Source of the DNA: Lama glama
Lineage: Eukaryota
Reading direction: 5' to 3'
Length of the DNA: 64,000 nucleotides
Assembly (NCBI GenBank): GCA_028534125.1
Contig: CM052832.1
Location: 22,136,001 to 22,200,000, forward strand
The position numbers were made by a program, and so were the translations under genes. Numbering within the stretch: position 1 is the stretch's first letter; each line of letters begins with the position of its first letter. This document shows, in pieces, positions 51,744 through 64,000 of this stretch. The notes below the pieces were generated by a model. The model was not told the DNA's origin. It searched no databases and worked only from the letters and a program-made list of their open reading frames with translations.

Positions 51744-52974
51744 TGCTGGGTTAAGTGGGATTGGGTGAAACATGTGGGGGAGGACCTCCTGTACTCCTGA
51801 CTTTTTTTCATGCTGAGTTTTCACCCAGTTTACTTCCTCTGCTTCTCCCTAGTGGTCTTTTTCAAAATTCTTCTCTCCTTCAAACACGCACATATCTGCT
51901 GCTCTTTCCACTCGCATTCCTTCAGCAACGAGGAAGTGAGACCTGGACGTGTGCCTTATCCCAGGTGCTGTTTACCGAGCCACCCTTCTACCTGGTTCCC
52001 TCTGCAGATCTGATTCCGAACTCCACCTGATCTGATTGTTGCCTTCTCATCAGCTGTAAAATCCAGAAGGTCAGGAAATTGGGAGAGGTGTCGGATGCTA
52101 ACTCCTGCTCTTGCAGTGAGGACGTAGTGGCTGCCACGGACCTAAGCCAAGGCAGAAATAATAGAAAATTCTTTAGCCCTGAAATGAAATATGACTCAAT
52201 AGCCGAATTTCCTTCAGGGGAGTTTACTTTGTCCTTACTCCTCCCCTCCATCACGATTTATTTTAATTGTGTTTTCTGTTTTCAGCAGTGCCACACAGCT
52301 AGAGAGAGGAATCCAGGGAAGTTTTCTTGTATGGAAAGAGACAGATAAATGGACCCTGGAGATTTATGACTGAGAGGTGCTAGTATGATGGTATTAAGCT
52401 CTTTATAACTGCATCTACCCCCACCCCCAATCTGGATTTCTGTTTTAATTTATTAAAAAAAAAAAACACAGAAACCTGTGGGATGTTTAAGCCTGGGAAG
52501 GAGGAATGGCTCAGGTGAACTGAAGGAAAAATGTGGACAATGGGCCAGGAAGGAGCACCTGTGATCTCTTCTATCTTAGAACAGCCCCCCTGCCCCCCAG
52601 CACAGTCAACTGCATGTGACTTTTGGTGGAAGAAGCACTTGAAAGAGCAATGCCCCAGCTAGCTTATTTTAGGCCGCGGGAGCATCCCAAACCATAAATA
52701 ATGTGGTTTGAGGCTCAGCTGTGGCATGAGAGTTTGGAAGCTTGATGTGTTTTTCTCCCTCACACTTTCAAGGGCTTTTAAAGGTCTTAGATGTTAGACT
52801 GACTTGGGGGTGATTCCTGCTCTGCCAGAAATCTTCCTTTGTGACCGCTGGCTGGATTCTACCATCCTGGAGCTTTAGGGTCCCCACATGTCAAATGGGA
52901 GATGTCAGTAAGACGTACCTTTTGGAGTTGAGACATTTTATGTGGATATAAAATGCCCTCCATCAAGAAGGTCC

Positions 52975-53330
52975 TTGAATCAGACAGGGTCCTGGCAGGA
53001 AGCAATTCAACTCAATGGGCTGCAATGAAGAAACTTTAAAGAACTGCTTAGAGGAGGTGTGGGTGGCATCAAGGGAACTGGCAAAGGATGTTCAGATACT
53101 AAGAACTGGACGCTGGAGGCGACCAGGGAGGGTGTCCTGTTGCCAGGATGCAGGGGGGAGGCAGAGAGAGGACCTCAGCCCTTCTGCTCCCCGTCCCCCA
53201 GCCTTTCCATCTCTTGCAGTGGCCCTCACTGGGTGGCTGGCCTGGGGCACCTGGGTGATGTAAGGGCTCCTCCTGGGGCACAAAATGGGAAAGAGAATGG
53301 TGGAGGCAGCTCTGGTGAACAGTCCTAGGA
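52975..53330. mobile_element. Possible ancient ERVL-class LTR remnant
   Basis: CAGGGTCCTGGCAGGAAGC...GAGGTGTGGGTGGCATCAAGGGAAC resembles old ERVL LTR ends. The family is uncertain. Confidence 0.4.
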
Positions 53331-55122
53331 TAAGAGCACAGTCCTTGAACTATGTTTGCTCCTGGCCCATTAAGGAGTGACTTTTTATTGGCCTGCGATA
53401 TACTAAAAATAAAACATCCCTCAAGTTACCCAAATAGCTCTTCTTATGCCACTTAAAGGTATTGAGTCCTTTCCCTAATGTGTTAACATTTTACATGTGT
53501 ATCTGTAATTTCTGAATTGACTGCATTTCTGAGAATGTCTTTGGGCTTCTGGGTCTCCCCGTGTCAAGTAGTTTATTATCTGCAAAAACTGAAATATCTG
53601 CTGAGCTGTTCTACTGTGTGAGTGAAGAACTCTTTAATTATTTTTCATCTGATTCCTCCAGTTATTTGTTGTCTTAGCTCCTGGCGGGGAGCCTGTGAAC
53701 AGTGGTTTTAGTTTGCAGGGACTTTAACTAGCCTGGCCTCCTCCTGAAGATGTTAAATGCAAAATCATTTTATTTAATTAGAGGGCAGCAATTCAGATCC
53801 AGAGTACAGGACATGGATGATGACTTAGGGGCCTCCACACGTGCTTCCCAGATGAGTTTGTTGAAAACTGCGTTTCTAAACAATGAGTCCCTTTCTGTAG
53901 AGCAGATGTGGAGCTCAGGCAAGGAATGGAGGATGACTTAAGTTTTGCTTTATTTTTTCTTTAAATCATCTTCTCACACCCTCTTTTCTTTGCTTTCATT
54001 GTGGGCAATGAAATTTAACCTTCAAAGTTTGTAAAGTTAACGCAGCTGCCAGGATGGATGCGATAATGCTGACATTATTAATTTGTGTTGTACACAGTCA
54101 TATCCTGGGACCTGTGCCGGATGGGAAATTCCTGGCTTTAAGGAATTTACAATTTGGGGAACCTTGAGTGCCAAGGCTATTTTTACCAACCAGCATCCTC
54201 CAAATGTGTGTGTTTGCATAAAGTATCAATTTGGTATTAAACTAGGATTCTTGGTCTGGATTTCAATTTTTCCCCCCAATTTAGCATCAGCAGAAAAAAA
54301 AAAAGGAGCAAAGGAAAAATAGATCAGGACATAAAGAATTCAGGAAATGATTTTTCAGATTAAAGCAGCTAAAGCTTTGGGTTTATTCGGGTAAGCTTAT
54401 GTTACAGTTTAAAAGGCTAAATGAAGGAAGACCAGCTCTAAAGACCCGGCCTCTTGACTAATGGTGATACCAGCTGTGGGTTTTGATGATTCCACCAGGG
54501 CCTCTGACCACAAAGTGTCTTTACCTGCCTGAAGCTTTCAGTCACCTGGTTAGTTCCCCTGCCGGTTCGTGGAAAGCCTAACCTCCAGTTCTCTTCTTAT
54601 CTAAGTCTTGCCCTTAGTTAATAACTGAGCTCACATTCCACAGTCATTATTAAATCAATTAAATATTTATTCACATCACTAGCAGTGCCGGGTACCTGGT
54701 CAGGTTGTAGAAATAGAAGGCTAAAAAAAATCAAGGGAGAGTTTATACACCATACAAGCATATAAATGCTGTATACTCACAGACCTGTGTAGATGCTAAT
54801 AGAGGTCTGTAGATGGTACCCTAGTGGCACAGAGATGGGAAAACCACAGGGCACCTTGGACTCCTGTATAATTTACTGTTTACCTTTGAAAAGGTTTGCA
54901 TTTACACCTGATGCGTAGTAAATGTTACCTTATTTTGTTAAGTATTCTGCTGGGTTTATATGCTGAGTTTCCAACTAATTTAAAGTCTCCTTGAGGTCCA
55001 GGTTTTCTCTCTCCTTGTGTTCCAAGCATGTAGTAGGTGCTTAAGAAATATTTATCATTGGTAATAGTATACGCCAACGTTAATGATGTACATTACCAAA
55101 CTTTAATATATAGAATCTTATT

Positions 55123-55254
55123 GTTGGTTTTTTTTTGGAGGGGGCAGGGGGAGGTAATTAGGTTTGTTTGTTTGTTTGTTTGTTTATTTATTTATTTATA
55201 TGGAGGTCCTGGGGATTGAACCCAGGACCTTGTGCATGCTAAACATGTACTCTA
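55123..55254 (-). mobile_element. 5'-truncated tRNA-derived SINE (Vic-1-like) in MBOAT1 intron 1
   Basis: GGAGGTAATTAGGTTTGTTTG...TGGAGGTCCTGGGGATTGAACCCAGGACCTTGTGCATGCTAAAC. Degenerate TSD AGAATCTTATT / AGAATCTTGTT. Confidence 0.85.
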
Positions 55255-55734
55255 TAAAGAATCTTGTTTTTAAAGTGGATAGTAGATGGGCCTTTTGAGG
55301 GAAAGAGTTCTCCACTGAACACCCCCCCCCTCTGTTGGTGCTGCCTCCAGGCTGTACCCTTGGGTTTTTGACTTGAACAATCCGCTTGTCACACTAGGAC
55401 TTTCCAGCTCAGGATGCACATGGCAGGCCACAGAATGTCCTTCCTGCAGGGAGCCTTATTTATTTTTTTTTTGCGTCAATCATTCCTGCAAGGCAAGCCC
55501 TCCTCTTCCCACTTAATTTTCCTTTCATTGTCTGATATTGAAAATCATTGGCTTATGGGAGGAAGATGATTTGGTTAGAGCACAAACAACAAATACTGAG
55601 TTTCTGCTGTGTTCCAGGAATTCCCGGGACTGTGCCAGGCTGTGATGATTCAAACATGAATTAAAAAGGGCCTATCCTCGAAAAACTCCTTGTTGGGTGG
55701 GACGGAGACAGAGCAATCCCCGAGTGTTGCGCGT

Positions 55735-55896
55735 ATGCAGTGCCTGGATGAGCGGCCTCAGCCTTGAAACTTGTTAGAAATGTACATACATTCTCTGCCA
55801 GGCGCCCCCTCTGCTCCTCTGGGGTGGACCCAGCCGTGGGTGATTTAATGAGCCCCCCAAGTGGTGCTGGGACACCCCCAAATTTGAGAACCACTG
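55735..55896. mobile_element. MER5A-like MITE within L2 sequence
   Basis: GAAACTTGTTAGAAATG...AAATTTGAGAACCACTG. Confidence 0.75.
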
Positions 55897-56228
55897 CTGT
55901 ATACAGATAACTAGAATACGAATTAATTAAGTGTGGAGGAGGGGGGTGAGGAATGGTTGTTAGAGAGCTTCTCACAGGTGGGGAGGAACACGAATTGGGT
56001 CTTGAAGGTCAAAGAAGAATTTGTCAGGCAAAGTGGGTAGAAAGAACTGCACGTACAGAGGTGGGGAGGTGTGAAATTGTGCACTTCGTTCAAGGAACTG
56101 TGTCGCTGGAGTGGCTGGTGGGGCTGCACTTGCGAAGACCGGCAGACCCTAGGTTGGGGAAGCAGGCAGGGGCCACATCACCAGGAAGCTGGAAGACTGA
56201 CAAGTTGTTTGCACCTCATCCTGTAGAC

Positions 56229-56562
56229 CAGGGGCGGCGGACTCTCTGTGGAGGGCCAGACAGTAAACACTTTCGGCTTTGTGGCCGTTTGGTCTTTGCC
56301 ACAACTATTCAGCTTTGTTGTTGTAGCCTGAGAGCAGCCACAGACAATATGTGCATCACTGGGCATGGCTGTGTTCTCCCGGAACTTTATTTATGGACAC
56401 TGAAGTTTGAATTCTATGTAATTTAGACGTGTTGTGAAATTTTCTTCTTTTGACTTTTTTTTCTCCAACCTTTTAAAACTGTGAAAACATAGTTAGCGTG
56501 CAGACCACACAAAACAGGCAAGGGCTGGAATTGGCCCGAGGGCTGGAGTTTGCAGACCCCTG
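56229..56562 (+). mobile_element. MER58B-like hAT/Charlie MITE
   Basis: Termini CAGGGG...GACCCCTG. Internal GGGCCAGACAGTAAA and GCAGCCACAGACAATATG. Confidence 0.85.
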
Positions 56563-57769
56563 CTCTGCACTAATTTTCCTCAAATTTGGTAGATGGGCCG
56601 TCGTCAGAATCTATTGCCAAGTATGCTTTTTGGATCCGGCCCAGACCTAGTGAATCCGAATGCGTATCAGGGTGAAGGGGCTCCCCAGGTGATTCTCGTG
56701 CCCACTGAAGTTTAGACACGCTGACCATCAAAGGGAAGGCATTGAAGGGTTTGAGCTGTGAAAGGGTGGTTTTGTGAAGTGAGGCAGGAGGTCATGGCTG
56801 AAGGGTGCAGGGATGGGGGCGGAGCAGGGGTTTTGAGGATGAGTGGATGTTTAGAGTAGTCTTTATGGGCGAGCAGAGAAAGAGCTGAATGGGGACAGTT
56901 TCATGATGCTGAGTGTAAACAGCCCACTGAAAATCACCAATTTTAGAATTTGTGCCAATATGTCATTTTTCTCTTTCAGCAACTCCTTCGAGGAGCAAAA
57001 GGAAAACAGACAGTTGGGCGTTTGCAGGGAAGGATTTTGGAACCTTAAGAAGTAAGGGTGTTGAAAGATGCTGACAAGTATTGGGGGTGATGAAAGTGAA
57101 AAGGGAAACATCTAGAGATTGAAGGGATGTTGAGGAGCAGATGCAGGGGAAGTGAGAGAGGCGGGGGCCGGGATATTCGAGTGGAAGATTCCTAGTGAAG
57201 CTTCCCTGGGCGATGATGAAAGTCAGGGTGGTGACATGGGGGTAGGGTGAAAGTTGATTCGCTTTAGCAAGGCGAGAGACTGGGTGGTTTGGTGGATTGT
57301 CCACCTAAACACTGAAGCTGCCCACGTGACTGGGGATGAGAGGTGGAGAAAAGGACTGTGCGGAACCTAAGCTCTCTAGGAACATGGAGACTGATGGATT
57401 CTGACAGCCTGGGGAAGGTATGACCAGCTCCACCATCCAGGACTCTGCCAGCTGCTCTGCAGGGCACAACTCATTCAAAGTTAGGAGTCTGAGTGAAGTC
57501 GAGAGGGAGGTACTTCTTGGCTGAAAGGATGGTGCCTCTCCCAAAGGGCTTTGGAAGAGCTCTCCTAGCCTGTTATAAAAGGAGGCAGCAGCTGAGGCTG
57601 AGGAGGGGCGGTCAGCCTGCTGTGTTCTTTGAGTGCCCACCATCCCCTTTTCCCTCCAGCCTACTCCATCCTAGGGGTCCGGTGCACACTGAGCACTAAT
57701 TAAACACTATTAAGTAAATACAATACCAAACAAAATGCATTCAAATGCTTTCTAAAAAAAATCAGTTTT

Positions 57770-58232
57770 TAAAATTAATTAATTAATATTTTTTATTAAC
57801 ATATAGTTGATTTACAATATCGTGTTGGTTTCTGGTGTACAGCAGACTTCTACAACTACAGCAGATTCGGTTACATATACATATTCTTTTTCAGATTCAT
57901 TTCCGTTATAGGTTGTTAAAAGATACTGAATATCTCTGCTATACAGTAGGTGCTCGTTGCTTATCTATTTTATGCATAGTAATGGTATCCGTTAATCCCA
58001 TACTCCTAATTTACTCCTCCCTGCTTCCCTTCCCGGTTGGTAACCATGAGTTGGTTTTCTTTGTCTGCGAGTCTATTTCTGTTTTGTAAATAAGTTTATT
58101 TATATTACTTTTTAGTTTCCACATATTAAGCAGTATCATATGATGTTTGTCTTCCTGACTGACTTCACTTACTGTGATCATCTCTGGGTCCATCCCTGTT
58201 GCTGCCAATGGCAATATTTCATTCTTTTTTTC
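57770..58232 (-). mobile_element. L1 3' end
   Basis: Minus-strand remnant KKNEILPLAATGMDPEMITVSEVSQ; T-rich tail at the left. Confidence 0.85.
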
Positions 58233-61200
58233 CACATGTGGCCTCTTAACCTTATGTCTCAGATATTCATTGGTCTTTCTGCCCTGCCTGACTCTGAGAG
58301 GCTCCTTTCTGTAGTTACTTACTGAGCACTGGATGCCAAATATTGGGCTGGAGGGGGATATAGATATTAATTAGGGTCTATGCCTTCTAGGAGACAGATC
58401 TATACGCACTTGTTAAATTATTTTATTCTGTGAAAGCTCTTGTAAATAAATGTGCTGAATGCTGGAGAAAATGTGTGCACATGGGCCTCAGCTGCCCTGG
58501 GCCTGTCTTGGGGAAGGTGGTGGTGGGCAGGGGGTAGCACTTCCTGGGAGCTGCTGCTTTTGACAGAGAAGGGGAAAGTGCAGGGGTGGGGCCAGGTGGG
58601 ACAGGCAGATCATTCCAGACAGAGGAAACTGTTGGAGCAAAGGTCCTGAGACTGGAGAAAAGATGGAAAGGTGAACTTTCTTGGTGGGCGTGACTGATGA
58701 TGAATCGTAGTCATCTTGCTGCTTCTTAGCATGAAGTTAAGAACTAAATAAATGTTGGTTCCATTGGAGTGGAATTTTATTTACATGCTTATATTGGAAT
58801 GAATGACTAAATCATGGTAAAATTAGGAGCCAGTTCTTTTTACCAACCGGTTAGGCCTGTTTATTATTTGGAACCTGCATTTCAGATCGAATAGGCCTAG
58901 TTTCTGATTTGAAAGTTGATGAATGGCCCAGTTGATGGGAGTTAAAAGTTAATCTTACGTTGTTTAAATATAAAATTCTCCAGTTCCGTTTGCATTATGT
59001 GGCGTTGATAGGTGCATCGCTTAGATGCGATTATCAATGTGGATATTAATGTCATTTTGGGGGCCCAGTTGTCTCCGGTTTGTGTGGACAACATGTAGAA
59101 ATTTCCTTTAGCAGTCTAAAATCAAGTCGCATGTATGTAAAGTGCCACATACCCGGGCACTCCCAACTGTTTTCAAAGCATGCACTCCAAATTATATTTA
59201 TCAAGAAAAATTTCATGAAAAGATTATCTATCTAAGGAGACACAATCTGGAGTATCTTTTGTCACAGCAACTTGTAAAAAGAACTCAGTATGTGTAATTT
59301 AATAACAGTGTTTGGCTGTGTGCTTTTCAGAAGCTTTCTATTTCAAGTCAGTCAACCCTTCCAGTAAACAAGGGGAAGAGAAGACTTGCCGCAGTCTTAT
59401 TAATGAGAATTTCTAGCAGTTTTGCCAGGATAGCACAAGGATAGAGAGTGGCCCCTGGGAAAAGTAACTTCAGGTAGTTTATACTGGTTAAAAATATGCT
59501 TTATGAAAAGACCGCTGTCCCTTAGGGCTTAAGAAACGTGACCATCTGGCACAAGATGAACTCATTAACCCATTTGTAAGGTGTTTTTTAGTTATCCAGA
59601 GAAAATAGGCACTTGGTGAATCATTTACCGACTTCCTTGTAATAGTGGGGCTCTGCTCATAACTTTGCTATCAGTGGTTAATCGTCTTTGAAGTATGGTT
59701 TTGAAGGTCCACCCCAGCATTAACAGGGCTCTAAGTGTCACGTTAAGATTTTGGGGCGGGGGGGGTGCAGGTGGCGCTGGGGATTTCCTAAGCCATCCTA
59801 TTACTGTAAATATTCCATTCTTAGGTTTGTTTACCCAAACAGCACCACAGAGCTTGGGTTCTAGTCTCATTTGAAAAAAAGAGCAGGGGTACATTTGAAA
59901 AGTTTTGTTCCGGAGGTTCTAAGTTCTTATTTCAAGCAAGTAATCAGAATGAAAAATATTGTGGTTTGTTTCCCTAACCCCCCACCCGCCTCACTTTTGT
60001 CTCAGTCATCATTCTGTGGCTCTCATTTGGAACAAGCTCAGCAGAGGTATACAGCAAAAGGTTGCTGAGGCCTAGAGGAAGTTGCTAAATTCAAAAGTCA
60101 TTTGGTGAAATTTCATGAAGTGGTTTAACTGTGAGCGTCACTGGTCTTTCTTCCAAGCAGTCCCACCCCCGCATTATTTTTTGCGCTGTCTTTAAAAAAG
60201 AAATTTGTTTATTTATTTACCTTTAAATTACTGTTACTTCACTGTTTATTAATCTTTTAATTGCTTTTTATTTTTTGCTTTTTTGGTTTTTATTTTATAT
60301 AAATACAGTTTAAAAAATTAGTTTTCTGCTGAGGTAGCTTACGTACTTGGTATCAAAATCACAAGGCGGAAAAAGGGATATAGTGAAAAGTCAGTCCCTG
60401 TGGTGTCCCCTCCCTTCTGTTTGCAGCTGCCCAGGTCCCCTCCCCCCTGGCAGCTGGTGGCATCCTTTCAGATGGGCTGTGTGTCCACACGCACAGAATC
60501 TTTTTGTCTTTTCTGACACGAAGGATAGTGTACGGTTCTTCCACTTCTCGTCTGTAAAAAGAAACTTAACACTGTCTCTCAGGGATTGATTCATATCTGT
60601 GTATTCAGAGCTCTCGTGACGTTGACTTCCTTTCTGCCTTCTCTGAAAGTTCTGTTTCTGTGGCTTCCAGGAACGGCCTTGGCCTTTAGCTAAGACTGAA
60701 AGATGCGCTGGTGTCGGTGGATGAGACGAGAGGGAGAGCACGAGGGCCACTTACAGTGGGACGTTTCGGGGCATGAGCACTGTGCTCGGGGCGGAGGGCA
60801 GAAGGTGGGGCTTGCCTCCAGTTTCCCCTCTGAGGGAGAGAGGTACATTCTGGACTTAGGCACGAGGTCATTAACGATGCCCCGCCCCTTGTGCCTCAGG
60901 GATGAAAATGGTTCTGTCTCTAATCAGCCTGGTGCCAGCGGCACGGCTCCAGAATTCCTGGTGCCTCCCTCTGGTGGAAACGATGCTCTTTATGACCAGT
61001 TCAGCTCTAAGACTCTGTGATTCCAAGATCTTCAACAGTAGCAAGGAAGGCTGGGGTTTGGATTGTAAAGGAGCACTTCTTGAGGGTAAAGCCCACAACC
61101 CGAGGCTTTTTCTTTTTCTCTTTTGCTTTTCAGTGGATGTACCTGTATATTTGACTTTCTTATTTCTCCCAGTGAAGCGCGCGCAGCATTTCCACGCATG

Positions 61201-62618
61201 TTGGCTGGAGTGTATCAGCTCTCCGGCTCTGGAATCTTTTTTCGCCTCATCTTCTTACTAGAGTAAGGTCAGAATGCCTTAGGAATTCGTGTGCTTTACT
61301 CTGGAAATAAGATCATGCAAAAAAGCGCTTCTGTTTCTTGTTTACTAGGGATGTTGAGCTGGCTTTCCTCATTTCTCTGTTCCCAAAGGTAATTGCCCGT
61401 TCATCTCCAAACATTAAAGTGTTAACTCGCCTGCAGGTTATTTAACAAAATGGAAGCAAATCAACACGTCTATGAAACTACATTCACAGAGCCATTTCCT
61501 GCACTTTGCGGAGGGAAGGACAAAAAGATTTTTTTAACATTTTGCACGTGTAGGGCCTGGGAGTGGAGTTTATCAAAAGGGTATAGTGGAAGACGATTTT
61601 GTAGTCTCAACCTTATCGAGTTAACATTTACCTCAGTTTTATAGTTAGCTTGACGAAGTTGCAAAGCTTCAGTTGACATGTGTTTATCTTTCTACTGAGG
61701 TATTCAGTGTCTTTATGTATATGTCTATCTTTATCTGATGGCCAGTTTTGTTATCTTAGTTTAAAAGAAGGACAAAAAGGCTTATAAACTAAAAATAATC
61801 GTTTCATCAACATACAAGGTGAGGCCCAATTTTACCGTAGGAACCAGTAATGAATTATGACTGTGCTTCTTCTTAGTGAGTCCAAACTGCAGAGACAGTT
61901 TGAAGGAAGGCTGTTCAACGATTTAGAAATTGGCCACTTACATGTGTTTGAAAGAACTGGAAAACCATCTCGTATGTGCTTGGCAACTCTCAAATAAATA
62001 CTTACTAGAGTTGCATGTGTCGAGACGTGGTTCTGTGTTGTAAAGTTTCTAGATGATACGGAGAAGTTAGAAAAGAGCAGGAAATATGGTTGTAAGAACT
62101 GGACTGAAGGTTGCTAAACAAAAAGAGATGAACTTGACTAAAAGAGTTGACCAAAGATGGTGAAAGCCACAGACTGTGGCGTGGCCATCAATGGGGACCA
62201 TGAAATGCTGGCTAGGTGACCATAGGAGGGCGTGCCACTGATGTGTCTTATTTCCTGAAGAAGGCCTTGAACTTGATGGCTTCAGAGACCTCCTCTGTCT
62301 TGTCGTTGTGTAATTACTCCTCTTTAGCTCAAATGAATATGTTAAAGTTCTCACCAGTATTTCAGGAAGTGACTTCCGTGTCATTTAAGGTTTGCCTTTT
62401 GCTTCATAATAATGGATCATATTCTATGGAAATTAAAAATAAAACTTATTTGGGAATACTTTTAAATTTACAGAAAAGTTTTAATGATAGTACAGAGAGT
62501 TTTTATATATGTCTCCCCCAGTGTTCCTCAAAACTAAAACATCAACATTGATATATAAGTATTAAATAAATTCCAGACTTTTTTGAATTTCACCAACTTT
62601 CCCATTCATGTCCTCTTT

Positions 62619-63118
62619 NNNNNNNNNNNNNNNNNNNNNNNNNNNNNNNNNNNNNNNNNNNNNNNNNNNNNNNNNNNNNNNNNNNNNNNNNNNNNNNNNN
62701 NNNNNNNNNNNNNNNNNNNNNNNNNNNNNNNNNNNNNNNNNNNNNNNNNNNNNNNNNNNNNNNNNNNNNNNNNNNNNNNNNNNNNNNNNNNNNNNNNNNN
62801 NNNNNNNNNNNNNNNNNNNNNNNNNNNNNNNNNNNNNNNNNNNNNNNNNNNNNNNNNNNNNNNNNNNNNNNNNNNNNNNNNNNNNNNNNNNNNNNNNNNN
62901 NNNNNNNNNNNNNNNNNNNNNNNNNNNNNNNNNNNNNNNNNNNNNNNNNNNNNNNNNNNNNNNNNNNNNNNNNNNNNNNNNNNNNNNNNNNNNNNNNNNN
63001 NNNNNNNNNNNNNNNNNNNNNNNNNNNNNNNNNNNNNNNNNNNNNNNNNNNNNNNNNNNNNNNNNNNNNNNNNNNNNNNNNNNNNNNNNNNNNNNNNNNN
63101 NNNNNNNNNNNNNNNNNN
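62619..63118. other. Assembly gap (500 N), preceded by an antisense L1MB-type 3' end (~62440-62618)
   Basis: Run of N. The left flank reads AATTTACAGAAAAGTTTTAATGATAGTACAGAGAG. Confidence 0.95.
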
Positions 63119-63604
63119 AACCACTGGGAGTAACTCAAGGCTCTGTGGCTTTTCTTCTGAATTTCTGGTCAGTTTGTTTACTTTCAGAAGTAGATGCTTA
63201 CTTTCTCATGTGGTTCTCTTAAGTCCCAGAACCAGATAGAGTTTAAACTCCTTTACATTGTCCAAGGTGTACCTTTGATAGAAGATTCCTCTTTGTGCTA
63301 CTCCGTCAAAGGCTCCCCCGGGGCTCAGCTCCAAAGTGACGACACTTCAGGCTGGCCTCGCTGGCTCTCCAGGTTCAGACCCGGGGCCAGCCAGGAAGGA
63401 ACTTGCCCGGTAAGCTTGCTTCAAAGAGCAAGGTCTTGTCCCTCCACACTAGGTCACATACTGCCTCTCTTTCTGTTTCTCATCCCCTCGCCCCGGGCTG
63501 CAGGAAGGGTGATGACATTCAGGGCACATGCATTTTTAAGTGCTTGGACCTGGAGAACGAGAACAGTAGGAATAGGTATGCTAGAAGCATCAGTGAAGAT
63601 GGAA

Positions 63605-64000
63605 CACTTGTTGGCACAGCCACTATGGAAAACAGTCTGGAGGTTCCCCACAAGACTAAAAATAGAATTACTCTATGATCCAGCAGTCCCACTTCTGGGT
63701 ATATTTACAGAGGAAATGAGATCACGATCTTGATGAGATATTTGCACCTCCATGTTCATGGAAGCATTATTCACAACCGTCGAAACATGGAAACAACCTA
63801 AATGTCCAATCATGGATGAATGGATAAAGAAAGTGTGGTGTATATATGTGCAACAGAATATGATCCAGCTCCCTCCCCTACCTCCATAAGGGACATCTTG
63901 CCATTTGTGACAACGTGGATGAACCTTGAGGGCCTTATGCTCAGTGAGAGGAGTCAGACAGAGACAGACAAGCACCGTATGATCCCACTTACATGTGGAA
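63605..64000 (+). mobile_element. L1 ORF2 C-terminus and 3' region, running off the window
   Basis: LAQPLWKTVWRFPTRLKIELLYDPAVPLLGIF is the L1 ORF2 C-terminal motif. Confidence 0.9.

Larger units (their letters stand above)
50252..64000 (+). other. MBOAT1: MBOAT1 intron 1 (5' part, continues beyond the window)
   Basis: Starts at the GTAACT donor. No further MBOAT1 coding sequence was recognised in the ORF track. Confidence 0.85.

Noticed and set aside
1616..55254. All five SINEs lie on the minus strand
   Set aside because: The chance of five sharing an orientation is 1 in 16, which is too weak to interpret.
18173..63239. Long ORFs spanning the three N runs
   Set aside because: Artefacts of translating assembly gaps.
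1..64000. A novel multi-gene system, CRISPR array or prokaryotic/viral insert
   Set aside because: No operon-like ORF cluster or spaced repeat array. The only compositional anomaly is the MBOAT1 CpG island, and the short ORFs are explained by repeats or chance.

Overview
Mammalian genomic DNA, probably camelid: there are five tRNA-Ala-derived Vic-1-like SINEs and I saw no ruminant BovB or primate Alu elements. The only protein-coding feature I can support is the first coding exon of MBOAT1 (+ strand, 50156-50251, MAAEQPSSLSYRTTGSTCLHPLSELLGIPLDQ, donor CAG|GTAACT). It lies in a CpG-island promoter and is followed by intron 1 to the end of the window. The ~49 kb upstream is repeat-rich intergenic DNA: L1, L2, MIR, MaLR/ERVL and MER DNA-transposon relics, plus three 500-N assembly gaps. 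I found no convincing novel multi-gene system. The most notable signals are a full-length U6 snRNA/L1 chimeric retrocopy with target-site duplication (TSD), a ~140-bp twin-primed L1 joining the 3' tail to an inverted RT-region fragment, an out-of-frame ATG 7 nt upstream of the MBOAT1 start, an exact UPRE motif in the promoter, several nested insertions, and a probable false duplication around one gap. Repeat family names come from recalled consensus similarity and their boundaries are approximate unless TSDs or TIRs are quoted.
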